Shown: piece by piece, positions 9,487 through 19,854 of the stretch
How positions within the stretch are numbered: position 1 is the stretch's first letter
Layout: each line of letters starts with the position of its first letter
Assembly (NCBI GenBank): GCA_032249135.1
Contig: JAVVGL010000004.1
Coordinates: 32,001-96,000 of the forward strand
Direction: 5' to 3'
Origin: Candidatus Calescibacterium sp.
GTDB taxonomy: Bacteria; Calescibacteriota; Calescibacteriia; Calescibacteriales; Calescibacteriaceae
Length of the DNA stretch: 64,000 nt
Made by a program: the position numbers and the translations under genes
Notes under the pieces: model-generated
What the model was told of the DNA's origin: nothing
Databases searched by the model: none
What the model saw: only the letters and a program-made list of their open reading frames with translations

Positions 9487-10602
9487 TTATTTAAAATCTG
9501 GTTTTGAGGTTTGTGGAGAGGATGGAGGTAGGACTGGTAATTTCAGAGCATCCTCTGGGATTTCTCCTTCAAGCGATTTCAGGAATGCAACTATTTTCTT
9601 TACTTCATCATCCGTGAGTTTTCTACCAAGCTGTATTTCAGCCATTATTTTTACGGCTTCCTCAAGAGACCACACCGATCCATCGTGAAAATACGGATAT
9701 GTTCTCGTAACATTTCTCAAAGAAGGAACTTTGAAAACATATTTATCTCCTTCGTTTTTAGTTATGGCATATCTACCCACATCTATCTGCTTTTTGTCTT
9801 TATACTTTATGACTTCGTAGTATGGTTTTACAAGTCCGAACTTTTGGAACATGTCTCCACCTATACCTTTTCCTCTGTGGCATGTTATACAACCGACTTC
9901 TATAAAAGTTTTCAGACCTTCTTTCTCCTCTTTTGTAAGAGCATTCAGATCACCTTGGAGGAATTTATCAAACCTTGATGGAGTAAGAAGCGTTCTCTCA
10001 AAAGCTGCTATTGCTTTTGCAATATTCTCGTATGTTACAGGGTCTTTTTCCTCTGGAAAAGCTTTCTTGAAAAGTTCAACATATTCTGGAATAGATTTTA
10101 TTCTATCAACAACAAATCCTTCATGAGGTGATGCCATCTCTTTTGGGTTCAATACCGGACCTTTTGCTTGTTCCTCTAAATCTTTTGCTCTACCATCCCA
10201 AAGTTGAGCTGTATGTAGTGCAGCGTTAAACACGGTTGGAGCGTTTCTCGGACCAATCTGCCACTTGTGTCCAATAGATGTTGGTAAATTATCTACTCCA
10301 TATGAAGCAAGGTTGTGGCATGAGTTGCATGAGATAAATCCACTTTTTGATAGCCTTGGTTCAAAGTAAAGCATTTTTCCAAGTTTTACTTTCTCCGGCG
10401 TTACACGGTTTTGAGGATTATCTATAACTTTTTCTGTGATTGGAGCGAAAAAAGTTTTTGCTCTTTCAAGTAAAGCTCTGTCTTCATCTTCTTGTGAATA
10501 AAGTTTTGGAGAGAAAAATACAAAAATTACCGAAGCAAAGAGAATAACCCCTAATCCACCACTTACTAATTTTGCTATTTTTTCCCTCTTTTTTTCCGCC
10601 AT
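9487..10602 (-). CDS. ccpA: Di-heme cytochrome c peroxidase
   Basis: Two CxxCH motifs (CNSCH, CITCH), RNAPTVFNA, WDGRA, FKVPSLRNV, PYFHDGS; AGGAGG RBS. Confidence 0.92.
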   Translation of the reverse strand: MAEKKREKIAKLVSGGLGVILFASVIFVFFSPKLYSQEDEDRALLERAKTFFAPITEKVIDNPQNRVTPEKVKLGKMLYFEPRLSKSGFISCNSCHNLASYGVDNLPTSIGHKWQIGPRNAPTVFNAALHTAQLWDGRAKDLEEQAKGPVLNPKEMASPHEGFVVDRIKSIPEYVELFKKAFPEEKDPVTYENIAKAIAAFERTLLTPSRFDKFLQGDLNALTKEEKEGLKTFIEVGCITCHRGKGIGGDMFQKFGLVKPYYEVIKYKDKKQIDVGRYAITKNEGDKYVFKVPSLRNVTRTYPYFHDGSVWSLEEAVKIMAEIQLGRKLTDDEVKKIVAFLKSLEGEIPEDALKLPVLPPSSPQTSKPDFK

Positions 10603-10932
10603 ACCATTTTACCTCCTTTTACATCAGTTTAATTTTTCCAAAAATAAATTTATGTCCAATTTTTTTATTTTCGTATTAATTGCAAAATTTTTTTATAAGA
10701 AAGAAATTATCATTTAAATTAGGATTACCACCACGAATTTTCAATTTTTATCTTCAATTTCAAACTTTCACTTTTTTTGTTATTTTTAGTTAAAATTTAT
10801 ATTAACGAGAGATAAATTGTAAATCCGACGGGGTAAAAATTCGGGGGAAAGAAAGGTTAATTTCATTTCTTCTATTTTTTATAATCTGTCAAAAACGAGG
10901 GAGAAAATTTTAGGAAAGGAGGTAAATTACAA

Positions 10933-11988
10933 ATGAAAATCATAGTATGGAAAAAGGGAATAAGAGGCAGGATTTCATTATCTTTTCTCTTCTTTTCTCT
11001 TTCTTTTGCATATTTTTATATTTCCAATTTATTTGCTCAGCAGATTGTATTAAAGTGTGCAACAATTGCTCCTGAAAATTCCCCTTGGGCTGAGCTTGCG
11101 AAGAAGGCTTCAACTGAATTGCAAGAAAAAACAGGTGGTTTAGTGAAAATGGAATGGTATTTCTCTTCAATTGCAGGAGATGAACCAGATATAGCAAAAA
11201 AGTTAAAGGAGGGAAAATTAGATTGTGCAGGTCTTACGGGAAACGGAATTTCTTATCTTGTCCCACCCATAAGGATTTTAGAGCTCCCTTTTTTCCTGAA
11301 AAATGTAAAAGAAGTTGATTTTATAAAACAAAGATCTATGAAGCTTTTTCAAAATATTGCGAACGACTATAATGTGAAGTTAATTTGGATATCGGATTTG
11401 GGTTTTGTCTATATATTTTCAAAACAACCTCTCAAAAAATTAGATGATATAAAAGGTAAAACTGTGTGGGTATGGAAAGGAGACTATCTTGCAGAATTTA
11501 TAGGTAAATTTTTGCAAAGTGAATTTCAGATAAAATCATTTTCTATACCAATTCAAGATGTAAAATCTCAACTTGACCAAATTCAAATATTATACAATAC
11601 TCCTTATGCTCTGAATGTGTTTGGGTGGGATAGTGGAGTAAAATATATTTTATCGCAACCTCTTAATTTTTCTTTTACAAGTCTTATAGTATCAAAAAAC
11701 TCTATGGATAAAATACCTCCTGATTACCAGAATATAGTTGAGGAAGTTTTGCGAAAATATCTTGATATTCTAACCAAAATGAATAGAGAAAGCGATAATA
11801 AAGCCATTGATATACTTAAAAAGAAAGGAGTTGAGATGACGGATTTCTCACAGGATGAGGTAAAAAAAGCAGAAGATATTTTTAGGGAGAAGGTTTGGTT
11901 AGCTTTAAAAGATAAGCTTTATCCATCTTGGCTTCTCGCTCAGCTCCTCACAGAACTTTCAGCATTCAGAGTTGGTGGAAGTAAATAG
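10933..11988 (+). CDS. dctP: TRAP transporter substrate-binding protein (DctP, TPAT-like)
   Basis: LKCATIAPENSPW, GDEPD, GKLD, LELPFF, PLKKLDDIKG; GGAGGT RBS. Confidence 0.8.
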   Translation: MKIIVWKKGIRGRISLSFLFFSLSFAYFYISNLFAQQIVLKCATIAPENSPWAELAKKASTELQEKTGGLVKMEWYFSSIAGDEPDIAKKLKEGKLDCAGLTGNGISYLVPPIRILELPFFLKNVKEVDFIKQRSMKLFQNIANDYNVKLIWISDLGFVYIFSKQPLKKLDDIKGKTVWVWKGDYLAEFIGKFLQSEFQIKSFSIPIQDVKSQLDQIQILYNTPYALNVFGWDSGVKYILSQPLNFSFTSLIVSKNSMDKIPPDYQNIVEEVLRKYLDILTKMNRESDNKAIDILKKKGVEMTDFSQDEVKKAEDIFREKVWLALKDKLYPSWLLAQLLTELSAFRVGGSK

Positions 11989-12018
11989 CAATAATGATCA
12001 AGTAAAAACGAAAAGTTT

Positions 12019-12741
12019 CTACTCTTTCTTGATAATTTTCATATTTTCTGTTATGAGTGTTTTTATTAATTCATTTGCGGTTTTTTCTTTCGTGTCTTTC
12101 AATTCATAGTCATTTTTTTTCTCTTTTGCTTTTGAGTCTAAAATTGTTTCGGTATATTCTTTTTTTATTACCTCTTTTAAAGATACTATATCTGTAAAGA
12201 AGCTCTTTTTGAGTTTCTCTTCTAATACCTTTATCCTTCTCATCTGGTCTTGTATTTCATTCAAAGTGAAACCAAATCTTATAAGGATTTCTGCTTTCTT
12301 AATTTCATCTTCTCTCACAAGGTTTTCCCATTGACCATTTATTATTTTCCTTGCTATCTCATCGCTTATTCCTATTGTTTCCTCAAATTTTTTTCTCACA
12401 GCTAAGACTATTGAATATGTGATTGTTTTCTTTTCACTCATAAGGCAATCTGATTCGTATCCCAAAGCTAAATATATTATACATTCAGAAAAGGCATCAA
12501 GGTTTGAAATCACTTTATCTCCGAAAATCAAGACAGGTTCTATTTTTTTTAGCTCAGGACTATCTGAAAAAGCGAAAGCCCCCGTTCCAATTACAAAATA
12601 ATTATTATTATTAATTTGGCTATTAATTTGATATGTAATTACTTGTGCGATGAAGGTAAAAATTAGTGTAAGGATTTTTGATTTTCTGAGCATCCTTTTG
12701 AAGTATTTTATAATTTTTCTTGTGAAGTTCTGGAAGCTCAT
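12019..12741 (-). CDS. Hypothetical exported protein (start uncertain; weak SurA-N-like resemblance)
   Basis: 240-aa ORF with an N-terminal hydrophobic segment; its 5' end overlaps yidD on the opposite strand. Confidence 0.5.
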   Translation of the reverse strand: MSFQNFTRKIIKYFKRMLRKSKILTLIFTFIAQVITYQINSQINNNNYFVIGTGAFAFSDSPELKKIEPVLIFGDKVISNLDAFSECIIYLALGYESDCLMSEKKTITYSIVLAVRKKFEETIGISDEIARKIINGQWENLVREDEIKKAEILIRFGFTLNEIQDQMRRIKVLEEKLKKSFFTDIVSLKEVIKKEYTETILDSKAKEKKNDYELKDTKEKTANELIKTLITENMKIIKKE

Positions 12742-12895
12742 ACCACATCCTCCATCTTGCAGATTTTATCCTTCTTGTTCAGAATATGCTCTTGAATGTG
12801 TGAAAAAATATAAATTCCCAATATCTTTGGTGAAGATAGCAAAAAGGCTTATCATGTGTAATCCATTCTCAAAAGGAGGGGTAGATCTTCCGTGA
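12650..12895 (+). CDS. yidD: Membrane protein insertion efficiency factor
   Basis: CRFYPSCSEYA...RLIMCNPFSKGGVD signature. Confidence 0.9.
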   Translation: MKVKISVRIFDFLSILLKYFIIFLVKFWKLIPHPPSCRFYPSCSEYALECVKKYKFPISLVKIAKRLIMCNPFSKGGVDLP

Positions 12896-13113
12896 ATTTA
12901 TTTAAGAATCTTCTCTCTCTTTTTATATTAGGTACTGCAACTTTATTTTATATTCTCAAAAGGCTATTTTTTGTCTTGTTCCCTCCTTTGTATGTTGTAT
13001 TAAGATTGATGGAGGACAAAAGAAAAAGGGAATATTTCAGGAAATATAAAACTGAACGAGTTGAGATAATATCATTAGATAAGTTAAAAAGGGAGGTGTC
13101 AATATGGGATTAA
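12892..13113 (+). CDS. Small hypothetical membrane protein
   Basis: Overlaps yidD by GTGA and is coupled to the next gene; hydrophobic N-half, basic C-half. Confidence 0.55.
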   Translation: MNLFKNLLSLFILGTATLFYILKRLFFVLFPPLYVVLRLMEDKRKREYFRKYKTERVEIISLDKLKREVSIWD

Positions 13114-14033
13114 GGAGTTTTTTTATCTTTGTGTCTTTTTGTTTTTTAGGTTATTGTTGTGGCTTTGTTTCGTGCAATAAGGTAAAAAAAACGGAGATAG
13201 AAGAAAAACCGCGCGGAGAAACTCTCGTGAGAATAGGAAATACAGAGGTTACTGTGGAAGAGTTCAGGGCATTTATATCTTCTTTGCCCGATCTGAGGAG
13301 AGCTGAGCTTATAAGGAGTCCTGAGAAGATGACCCAAGCTGTTGTAGAGTTTATTGAGGCTGTTGCTACATATGAGTATGCAAAATCGAAGGGATACTTT
13401 GATAGACCAGAAATAAAGATAAGATGGATTTATAACTCGGCTGAATTGGTAAGGTCATATATTTTCAGCGAAGAAGTTGCTCCTTATATTAAGGTTGAGT
13501 TCCAAGATGTTCAAGATTTTTACAATAATAATAAGCAGATGTTCTGGCATCCCGATGTCATACGTCTTATGAAAATAGAGTCTTCGGATAAAAAGGAAAT
13601 AGACGAGATAAGAAGCAAGATAAAAGATGTGAAAGACTTTATAAATATTGCTCAAACAAGACATCTTCCAGCAGACTTTGATTACGGATATTTAGATGCA
13701 GATCTTATACGTAAGAGATTTCCAGAACATGCTGATATTATTCTGAAAATGAAACCCGGTGAGATATCTCGTCCGATGAAGTTTGGTGAAAAATATGTTA
13801 TTTTTGCAGTCGTAGATAAAGTTGATGAGGGATATTGGGAGTTTGAAAAAGTTATAGATCAAGTTTTTAGAGCAGTCAGAGAAAAGAAGATAAAGGATAG
13901 AATAAGCAATTTAACAAAAGACTTTATTATGTCAAAAGATGTATTTGTAAATTTTGACTCAATTGAGAAGAATTTCGGTGTAAAACTTTCTCGTGAAAAA
14001 TTCGAGGAAATGTTTATGCAAAAATATAAATAA
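13104..14033 (+). CDS. Parvulin/PpiC-type peptidyl-prolyl isomerase-like lipoprotein (PrsA-like)
   Basis: FVSC lipobox, LVRIGNTEVTVEEF, DFYNNNKQMF, MKPGEISRP; GGAGG RBS. Confidence 0.75.
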   Translation: MGLRSFFIFVSFCFLGYCCGFVSCNKVKKTEIEEKPRGETLVRIGNTEVTVEEFRAFISSLPDLRRAELIRSPEKMTQAVVEFIEAVATYEYAKSKGYFDRPEIKIRWIYNSAELVRSYIFSEEVAPYIKVEFQDVQDFYNNNKQMFWHPDVIRLMKIESSDKKEIDEIRSKIKDVKDFINIAQTRHLPADFDYGYLDADLIRKRFPEHADIILKMKPGEISRPMKFGEKYVIFAVVDKVDEGYWEFEKVIDQVFRAVREKKIKDRISNLTKDFIMSKDVFVNFDSIEKNFGVKLSREKFEEMFMQKYK

Positions 14034-14072
14034 GAAAATATATAAAAAAAGAAAAGATACGACGTGTAAGCT

Positions 14073-14861
14073 ATGGTTTTTGTTGGGATTTTTTTGACTT
14101 TTATAAGTATTTCGTCTTATCATGGAGGAGAATCTTATTCTGATGAGATTTTGGCTTATGTTGAGAGGAGACCTATAACTCGTAGTCTTGTTTTATCATT
14201 TATGAGAACTTTCGGAGAAAAAAATTTTGACTCTGCTCTCGAAACAATAATAGATTTATTCGTTGTTCTTGAATATGCATCAAGACAAAACATAAAAATA
14301 CCGCAAGAGCAAATAGATAGCATAATAGAAAAGCTACATATGAAAGATATATCATCTGTTGAAAAAGAACTTCAAAGAAATGGCATGACTTTACAAGAAT
14401 ATAGAGATTTCATAAGAGCTAAAAGAATTTCAGATGAGATTTTCTTCCAACTTGTCGGTTCAAACTTCATAACAAATAAAGAATTACAGAAATTTTTCAT
14501 CAAAAACAAAGAGAAAATAGGGAAAGATTTTGAAAAAAGATTTGTTTTTTTCCTTGAAACCAGTGATAATGATTATAATTATGATATTTCAAGATTTAAA
14601 AGGTTAGGATGGGTAAGGAGAGGTGAGTTAAGTAAAATTTATGATGAAGCCATATTTTCAAAGCAGGTAACAGGTTTTTGCGAAATTTTTGAAGGAAACG
14701 GAAGAAAGATAGTTTTTTTTGTAAAAGAGATAAAAAATCCAGAATTTTCTGAAGTAAAAGATGACCCAAATTTCAGAGATTATTACATAAAAGAAAAATA
14801 TAAGGAGGTGTTTAGGACGTGGGTAGACGTCCAAAAGCAGAAAATATTTATAAAAAAGTAG
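14073..14861 (+). CDS. surA: SurA-like chaperone
   Basis: ILAYVERRPIT, LQRNGMTLQEYR, LGWVRRGEL; lies directly upstream of pdxA (conserved synteny). Confidence 0.65.
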   Translation: MVFVGIFLTFISISSYHGGESYSDEILAYVERRPITRSLVLSFMRTFGEKNFDSALETIIDLFVVLEYASRQNIKIPQEQIDSIIEKLHMKDISSVEKELQRNGMTLQEYRDFIRAKRISDEIFFQLVGSNFITNKELQKFFIKNKEKIGKDFEKRFVFFLETSDNDYNYDISRFKRLGWVRRGELSKIYDEAIFSKQVTGFCEIFEGNGRKIVFFVKEIKNPEFSEVKDDPNFRDYYIKEKYKEVFRTWVDVQKQKIFIKK

Positions 14862-16054
14862 AAGTTGAAGAGAAGAAGAGAGGAAGGAGAGGAAGGATAC
14901 CTCGCATCAAAGTTTCTGAACCATCTGATAGCGCAAAGGGTAAAGTCGTAATTGGAATAACTATGGGCGATCCTACCGGTATAGGTCCTGAGATCGTAAT
15001 TAAGGCTCTTTTAGATAGATCAATAAGGGAAAAGGTTTTTCCTGTCGTTTTCGGAGATAAAGGTGTTTTGGCAAGGGTTGCTCAAGATATAGGAATAACT
15101 GATGTGAGGTTCAGGGAGATAGCATCAATTGATAGTGTAAGAAATGCAGAAATAGGGAAGAGGGAAATTTTGGTCAAGAGTATATCAAACCTTAAAATGA
15201 CCAAGCTAAGATACGGTAGACCTGATAGAAACTGTGGGAGGGCTATGGTCAATTATGTCAAAGAAGCTGTAGATGCTGCTATGGCAGGATATATTGATGC
15301 AATAGTTACCGCTCCTATAAACAAGGAGGCAATAAATGAAGCTGGTTTCAGATATGGTGGACATACAGATATGATAGCTGATTTCACAGGTACAAAAGAA
15401 TTCACTATGATGTTCATATCAAAGCATTTTAAGGTATCATTAGTGACCATTCATGTACCACTCAAAGATGTGTCTATGAGGATAACTCCACAAAGAATAT
15501 ATAAGGTTGGATTGCTGACATGGAAGACTCTGAGACAATATTTTGGGCTGAAAAATCCGAAAATAGGAGTTTGCGGTCTGAATCCACACGCTGGCGAAGG
15601 TGGGATATTCGGTGATGAAGAAAAAGATCTTATATATCCCGGAATAGTTTCCATGAGAAGTAAGGGGATAGATGCAGAAGGACCTTTATCACCTGATTCT
15701 GCCTTTTGGCGTGCTTACAATAAAGAATTTGATGCTATAATAGCTATGTATCATGATCAGGGACTCATTCCGGTCAAGCTTATTGATTTTGATAATGCAG
15801 TTAATGTGACGATAGGTATACCTATAATAAGAACCTCGCCGGGGCATGGGACAGCTTATAATATTGCAGGTCAGGGCAAAGCAAATCCGGAGCCGTTGAA
15901 GTCTGCAATTGAACTTGCATATCAGATGTTCCTTACTAAAAAACAAATTGAGGCTCAGAAAAAGTTTCCAGAAAAGGAGGAATTGGAAATAGAAGAGGAG
16001 ATAAAAAGGTATAGAGTTACAGAACAGGAGATTGAAGAATATGTTTATCTTTGA
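14819..16054 (+). CDS. pdxA: 4-hydroxythreonine-4-phosphate dehydrogenase
   Basis: ITMGDPTGIGPE, TAPINKE, GHTD, GLNPHAGE, AMYHDQG, RTSPGHGTA. Confidence 0.95.
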   Translation: MGRRPKAENIYKKVEVEEKKRGRRGRIPRIKVSEPSDSAKGKVVIGITMGDPTGIGPEIVIKALLDRSIREKVFPVVFGDKGVLARVAQDIGITDVRFREIASIDSVRNAEIGKREILVKSISNLKMTKLRYGRPDRNCGRAMVNYVKEAVDAAMAGYIDAIVTAPINKEAINEAGFRYGGHTDMIADFTGTKEFTMMFISKHFKVSLVTIHVPLKDVSMRITPQRIYKVGLLTWKTLRQYFGLKNPKIGVCGLNPHAGEGGIFGDEEKDLIYPGIVSMRSKGIDAEGPLSPDSAFWRAYNKEFDAIIAMYHDQGLIPVKLIDFDNAVNVTIGIPIIRTSPGHGTAYNIAGQGKANPEPLKSAIELAYQMFLTKKQIEAQKKFPEKEELEIEEEIKRYRVTEQEIEEYVYL

Positions 16055-16283
16055 AAAAATTTTGTTATCGCTGTATTTTCTGTTATCTGGTTTGTTTTGT
16101 TTTCAAAGATTTTTTGTCTGTCCATATTGTTCTGTCTCTTCGGGAGGGGAGACTAATTATAATTACATCAAAAGCCTCATGTATGGCCCGGGGATACTTT
16201 TTTTATCACTTATTTTTGCCGGCATCTTGGTATTTTTAACATTCTTTTACTATGTAAGAAATGATAGAAAACACAAGAATTGA
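16032..16283 (+). CDS. Small membrane protein with CPYC motif
   Basis: Signal-like N-terminus, CxxC, one TM helix; overlaps the pdxA end. Confidence 0.45.
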   Translation: MKNMFIFEKILLSLYFLLSGLFCFQRFFVCPYCSVSSGGETNYNYIKSLMYGPGILFLSLIFAGILVFLTFFYYVRNDRKHKN

Positions 16284-16372
16284 AATTAGTAAAAATTAAT
16301 CTCAGGAAAAATTACCATACGAGCTGGAAACATTAGAAAAATTTTGCAGTTTTTTTAAACTATTTATTTAGT

Positions 16373-18169
16373 ATGAGCAGAAAGTCTATGTTCTTTCTTA
16401 TAGCTTCAAGAACTCTTATGAAATTATCTATACTTTCTGTGATTGGTGCCTTTCTTCATATTAATTTATTCTATGTTGTTCTTTTGCTCATCTTTTTTGT
16501 TCTTGAATTAGGGTTTCTCATCGTAAGGAAGGTAATGAGTCGGAGAGATTTTTCTTTTTTGATTTTGACTACTTCTCTTATTTCTTTTTTATTCTTCGCT
16601 CTTGCGGAAAAGATATATTTGGTTTTGTTTTTTGTCATCGTTGACTTGATTTGTCTTCTTTCTATTTTTTACAAATATTTTCTTGCTTTTGGAATGTTTT
16701 TCATATTTAGTTTTCTCATCTTCAATTTTTCTGGTTTCATAGTTACTAATTCGTTAAAATCTATTGATGTTCGGAAATTTTTGCATTATGAGAACATAAA
16801 TTTTGCAAAAGGAAGGAAAGAGGGGGTTGAGCTTGATAAAATTATCTTTCGCAATGGTGAATACATAAAAACTATGTTTTCTGATGGAGAAGAAATAACA
16901 TTATTTGTTAGGGCTTTGCCATATAAAAAAGAATATGTCCTATTACTTGCAACCTTAATTTTTCCGCTGATCTCTTTACCCATAATCTCTGGATTAGGAA
17001 AAATTAAAAATAAAAAATTAATAAGGTCAAAAGATAAATCCGAAAACTCCAAGGAATCCGATGACTCCAAGGAATCTGATTTGAATGTCCCGCAAGACCA
17101 TATAGGTAGTGAAGATAAAATATATTTTCTTTCCCTTCTTGAAGAAGAATTGAATTCATTTGAAAAAAAGATATCAGAGGATAAATCTGAAATAATATCT
17201 TTGGAGGAATTTCTACAATATTTTGAAAACGAAACATTAAAGCTTGTTCCTGATTTAGGTTTGAAAGATAAAATAATATCTGTGGTGGAAAGGATGAAAG
17301 AAGTTTTATTTTTGAAGAGAGACCTTTCTCAGTTTCAGGTTGAAATTAGTGAATTGAAAAAGATTGCATCAGATGTTCTTGAAAAACTCAAATCTTCTCA
17401 TAGGTCGGTCTTAAATTTTAAGCTCAAATTGGAAAATTTTGAAAGATATATCACTTTGCTTTTCAGGTCGTTGGAATATTCTTTCCATGAGATATTTTCT
17501 CCTCTTGGTGGTATAGAGAATGAGATTGGGAAGATAAAAATTCTACTATCTTCTGATGATCGGGAAGGAGGTAAGATTTTTAAATCATATGATATTTTTG
17601 TAGAAATTGTTGGTGAGTTTGAAAAAACATTAGACAGTTTCCTGAGAGATATTCTTTCTTCTCTTGAGAATATAAAAGTTCTTGCTTTCAATTCTCAGGT
17701 TTTAACATATAAGGTAATAGATAAGGCGAGAGCTTTTGAACCGCTGGCTTCTGCGGTTGAGGAACTCATTCTTGTTAGGATGGAAGAAGTATATAAAGGG
17801 TTAAAAGAAAGCTATGAGAAATTAAAACATTCTATTGGAAGGATAAAAGATGTAAAACTTGGTTTGGATATTTCTGTTGTAAATGAACTTGAAAAAGATG
17901 TAATTTCCTTCAAAAGTGAGGTGGAAAGTAAAATTTCCAGTGTTCGTTCTCTAATTTCTTCTAATATTGAAATATCGCGGAAAACATCAGAGGTTCTTGA
18001 CAAGCTTTCAGATTATATTTTACAGAATATAAATTTTTTCTCCGAATTTATATCTAAGTTAGATCAAGGATTGAGTGCAATAAGTTCTATCTCGGAGGGC
18101 ACTGATGAAGCAGAAAAATTCTTATCTTATGTTGATAAATTGTTAGACGAGCTTAAAGCCATAAAATAG
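16373..18169 (+). CDS. Multi-TM coiled-coil protein, degenerate methyl-accepting chemotaxis-like
   Basis: N-terminal TM helices and a long coiled coil; NIKVLAFNSQV...KARAFEPLASAVEEL resembles the MCP hairpin tip. Confidence 0.55.
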   Translation: MSRKSMFFLIASRTLMKLSILSVIGAFLHINLFYVVLLLIFFVLELGFLIVRKVMSRRDFSFLILTTSLISFLFFALAEKIYLVLFFVIVDLICLLSIFYKYFLAFGMFFIFSFLIFNFSGFIVTNSLKSIDVRKFLHYENINFAKGRKEGVELDKIIFRNGEYIKTMFSDGEEITLFVRALPYKKEYVLLLATLIFPLISLPIISGLGKIKNKKLIRSKDKSENSKESDDSKESDLNVPQDHIGSEDKIYFLSLLEEELNSFEKKISEDKSEIISLEEFLQYFENETLKLVPDLGLKDKIISVVERMKEVLFLKRDLSQFQVEISELKKIASDVLEKLKSSHRSVLNFKLKLENFERYITLLFRSLEYSFHEIFSPLGGIENEIGKIKILLSSDDREGGKIFKSYDIFVEIVGEFEKTLDSFLRDILSSLENIKVLAFNSQVLTYKVIDKARAFEPLASAVEELILVRMEEVYKGLKESYEKLKHSIGRIKDVKLGLDISVVNELEKDVISFKSEVESKISSVRSLISSNIEISRKTSEVLDKLSDYILQNINFFSEFISKLDQGLSAISSISEGTDEAEKFLSYVDKLLDELKAIK

Positions 18170-18222
18170 AAAATGATAAAATAAAAAAAGAAAAAATAGA
18201 GAATAAAAAAGAAAAATTTAAG

Positions 18223-19851
18223 ATGCTGTTGAATGAAAAAACATCAAAATTCGTAAATGTAGTGAAAGATTTTATAAGCAGGAACTATATTCGGTTATCT
18301 ATTGTTCTTTTATTTTCCATCTTTTGGATTTACTTTTTTCTGATTTTTGATAATATTCTCAAATTCCCTGAATTTATTTTCATGAACCTTATTTTTGTTG
18401 TATTATTTATTTTCCTACCACAAAATGTCTTTGTATTGTTGGCATTGGAGCTATTTTTGATCGGATTTTCAGTTTTTAGGGAGTCTTCTCACGCTATTAT
18501 TTCTGCTCTCCAACCAGAGTTCTTATTTGCCTTAATTTTCATTTCTGTTTTTTCTGTTTTGTTTTCTTTTCTAATTTTCTCCTTCTTCAAATACTACGAT
18601 GTTGGTTTCAGGAAAGATAAGGAAAAGATAACCGAAGACAAAAGAATTTATGAAGAAGTTAAAGTTTCTGATGAGATAAATTTAGAAGCTCTGAAAAGGA
18701 AAGTAGATATTTTGTTTGAAGAGATTGAGTCAGAAATAAAATCAAAGTATGATGCTATTTTAAAGAGGAAAGAGGAAATTATTAGGGTTTTCAGTGAGGG
18801 TAAATCTAAATTGCAGGAATACTACTCTCTCTTGATGAAAATTTACTCGGGGTTCTTAAATGAGACAAGGAGGGTTCAGATACTGGGAAATTTAGTTTCC
18901 GATTTTGTGAAGGATCTCAATTCATCAGCATCTTATATGATTGGCTTTTCTACGGAGTTGAGTAGATTCATTGGTGGTCTTTCATCTTTTAAATTTAGCG
19001 GAACTACTACCACTTTTTTTGATGCATCAAGGACTACCGACCATATTATTGATACTTTCGGAGAGAAAATTTCATCTTTGATTCAATCAATTTCGGCTGT
19101 AAATTTGTACAATCTTTGGGAGAATATATATGGTATAAGGGAGCATTTTTATGTTTTGAGGAAATTAATGCAAGATTTTCTACGAATTCCTCATATATGC
19201 TATGGTATTTCTATTAAGATCTCTCAAGTTGCAGCTTCTTCTGGTGATAGCGATGTCAGGAGGAGGTTATCTGCGATAGTTCAAGATATAGATGGTTTCT
19301 CTTTTAGGATTTCAGTTAATATAGCTCATATCTCCAAAAGAATAAATGATTTTGACAGTAAAATTTCTTCTCTATCAGATGCTTTTGATATTGGATTGCG
19401 TAGTTTCTCTGAGGTTTTGTTCTCTTTATCTGATATAAGATCAAGATATTTCAAAGGGATAAAGAGTAGAATGAAAGTTTTTATGGAGCAATACGAAAAA
19501 ATCTCAGATGTTAAAAATGTTATGCTGGAATTGGATAAAGATTTAGAGGCTCTTTATTCAGATCTCTCTTATGTTGTTATGACCACAGAGGACTTGATAA
19601 AGAAAACCTCATCGTTTATTTCTTCTCCTGAATTTGTCTCATTTTTAAAAGATTTAGAAGATAATATCCAAAATTCATCTCTCCTGCTTTCAAATATGGA
19701 TCAACTTATAGGGGGAATTCTTTCTCGTCTTGAAGCTCTTAACTCATTGGGCGTTCCTGAAAACGTGATGTACACTTATGTCCTCAAAAGTGTTCCTAGA
19801 TCCGAGATTATAAAAAAACTTTTAGCTGAAATTTCATCTTGGCATTATTGA
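18223..19851 (+). CDS. Multi-TM coiled-coil protein, possibly a very degenerate MCP-like protein
   Basis: Same architecture as the upstream gene; ISIKISQVAASSGDSDVRRRLSAIVQDIDGFS weakly resembles the MCP tip. Confidence 0.45.
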   Translation: MLLNEKTSKFVNVVKDFISRNYIRLSIVLLFSIFWIYFFLIFDNILKFPEFIFMNLIFVVLFIFLPQNVFVLLALELFLIGFSVFRESSHAIISALQPEFLFALIFISVFSVLFSFLIFSFFKYYDVGFRKDKEKITEDKRIYEEVKVSDEINLEALKRKVDILFEEIESEIKSKYDAILKRKEEIIRVFSEGKSKLQEYYSLLMKIYSGFLNETRRVQILGNLVSDFVKDLNSSASYMIGFSTELSRFIGGLSSFKFSGTTTTFFDASRTTDHIIDTFGEKISSLIQSISAVNLYNLWENIYGIREHFYVLRKLMQDFLRIPHICYGISIKISQVAASSGDSDVRRRLSAIVQDIDGFSFRISVNIAHISKRINDFDSKISSLSDAFDIGLRSFSEVLFSLSDIRSRYFKGIKSRMKVFMEQYEKISDVKNVMLELDKDLEALYSDLSYVVMTTEDLIKKTSSFISSPEFVSFLKDLEDNIQNSSLLLSNMDQLIGGILSRLEALNSLGVPENVMYTYVLKSVPRSEIIKKLLAEISSWHY

Positions 19852-19854
19852 TAT

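Noticed and set aside
10805-10875. G-rich patch upstream of dctP as a possible riboswitch
   Set aside because: No recognisable aptamer motifs and only a weak stem.
17046-17080. 18-bp in-frame tandem repeat (SKESD)
   Set aside because: Ordinary low-complexity linker duplication.
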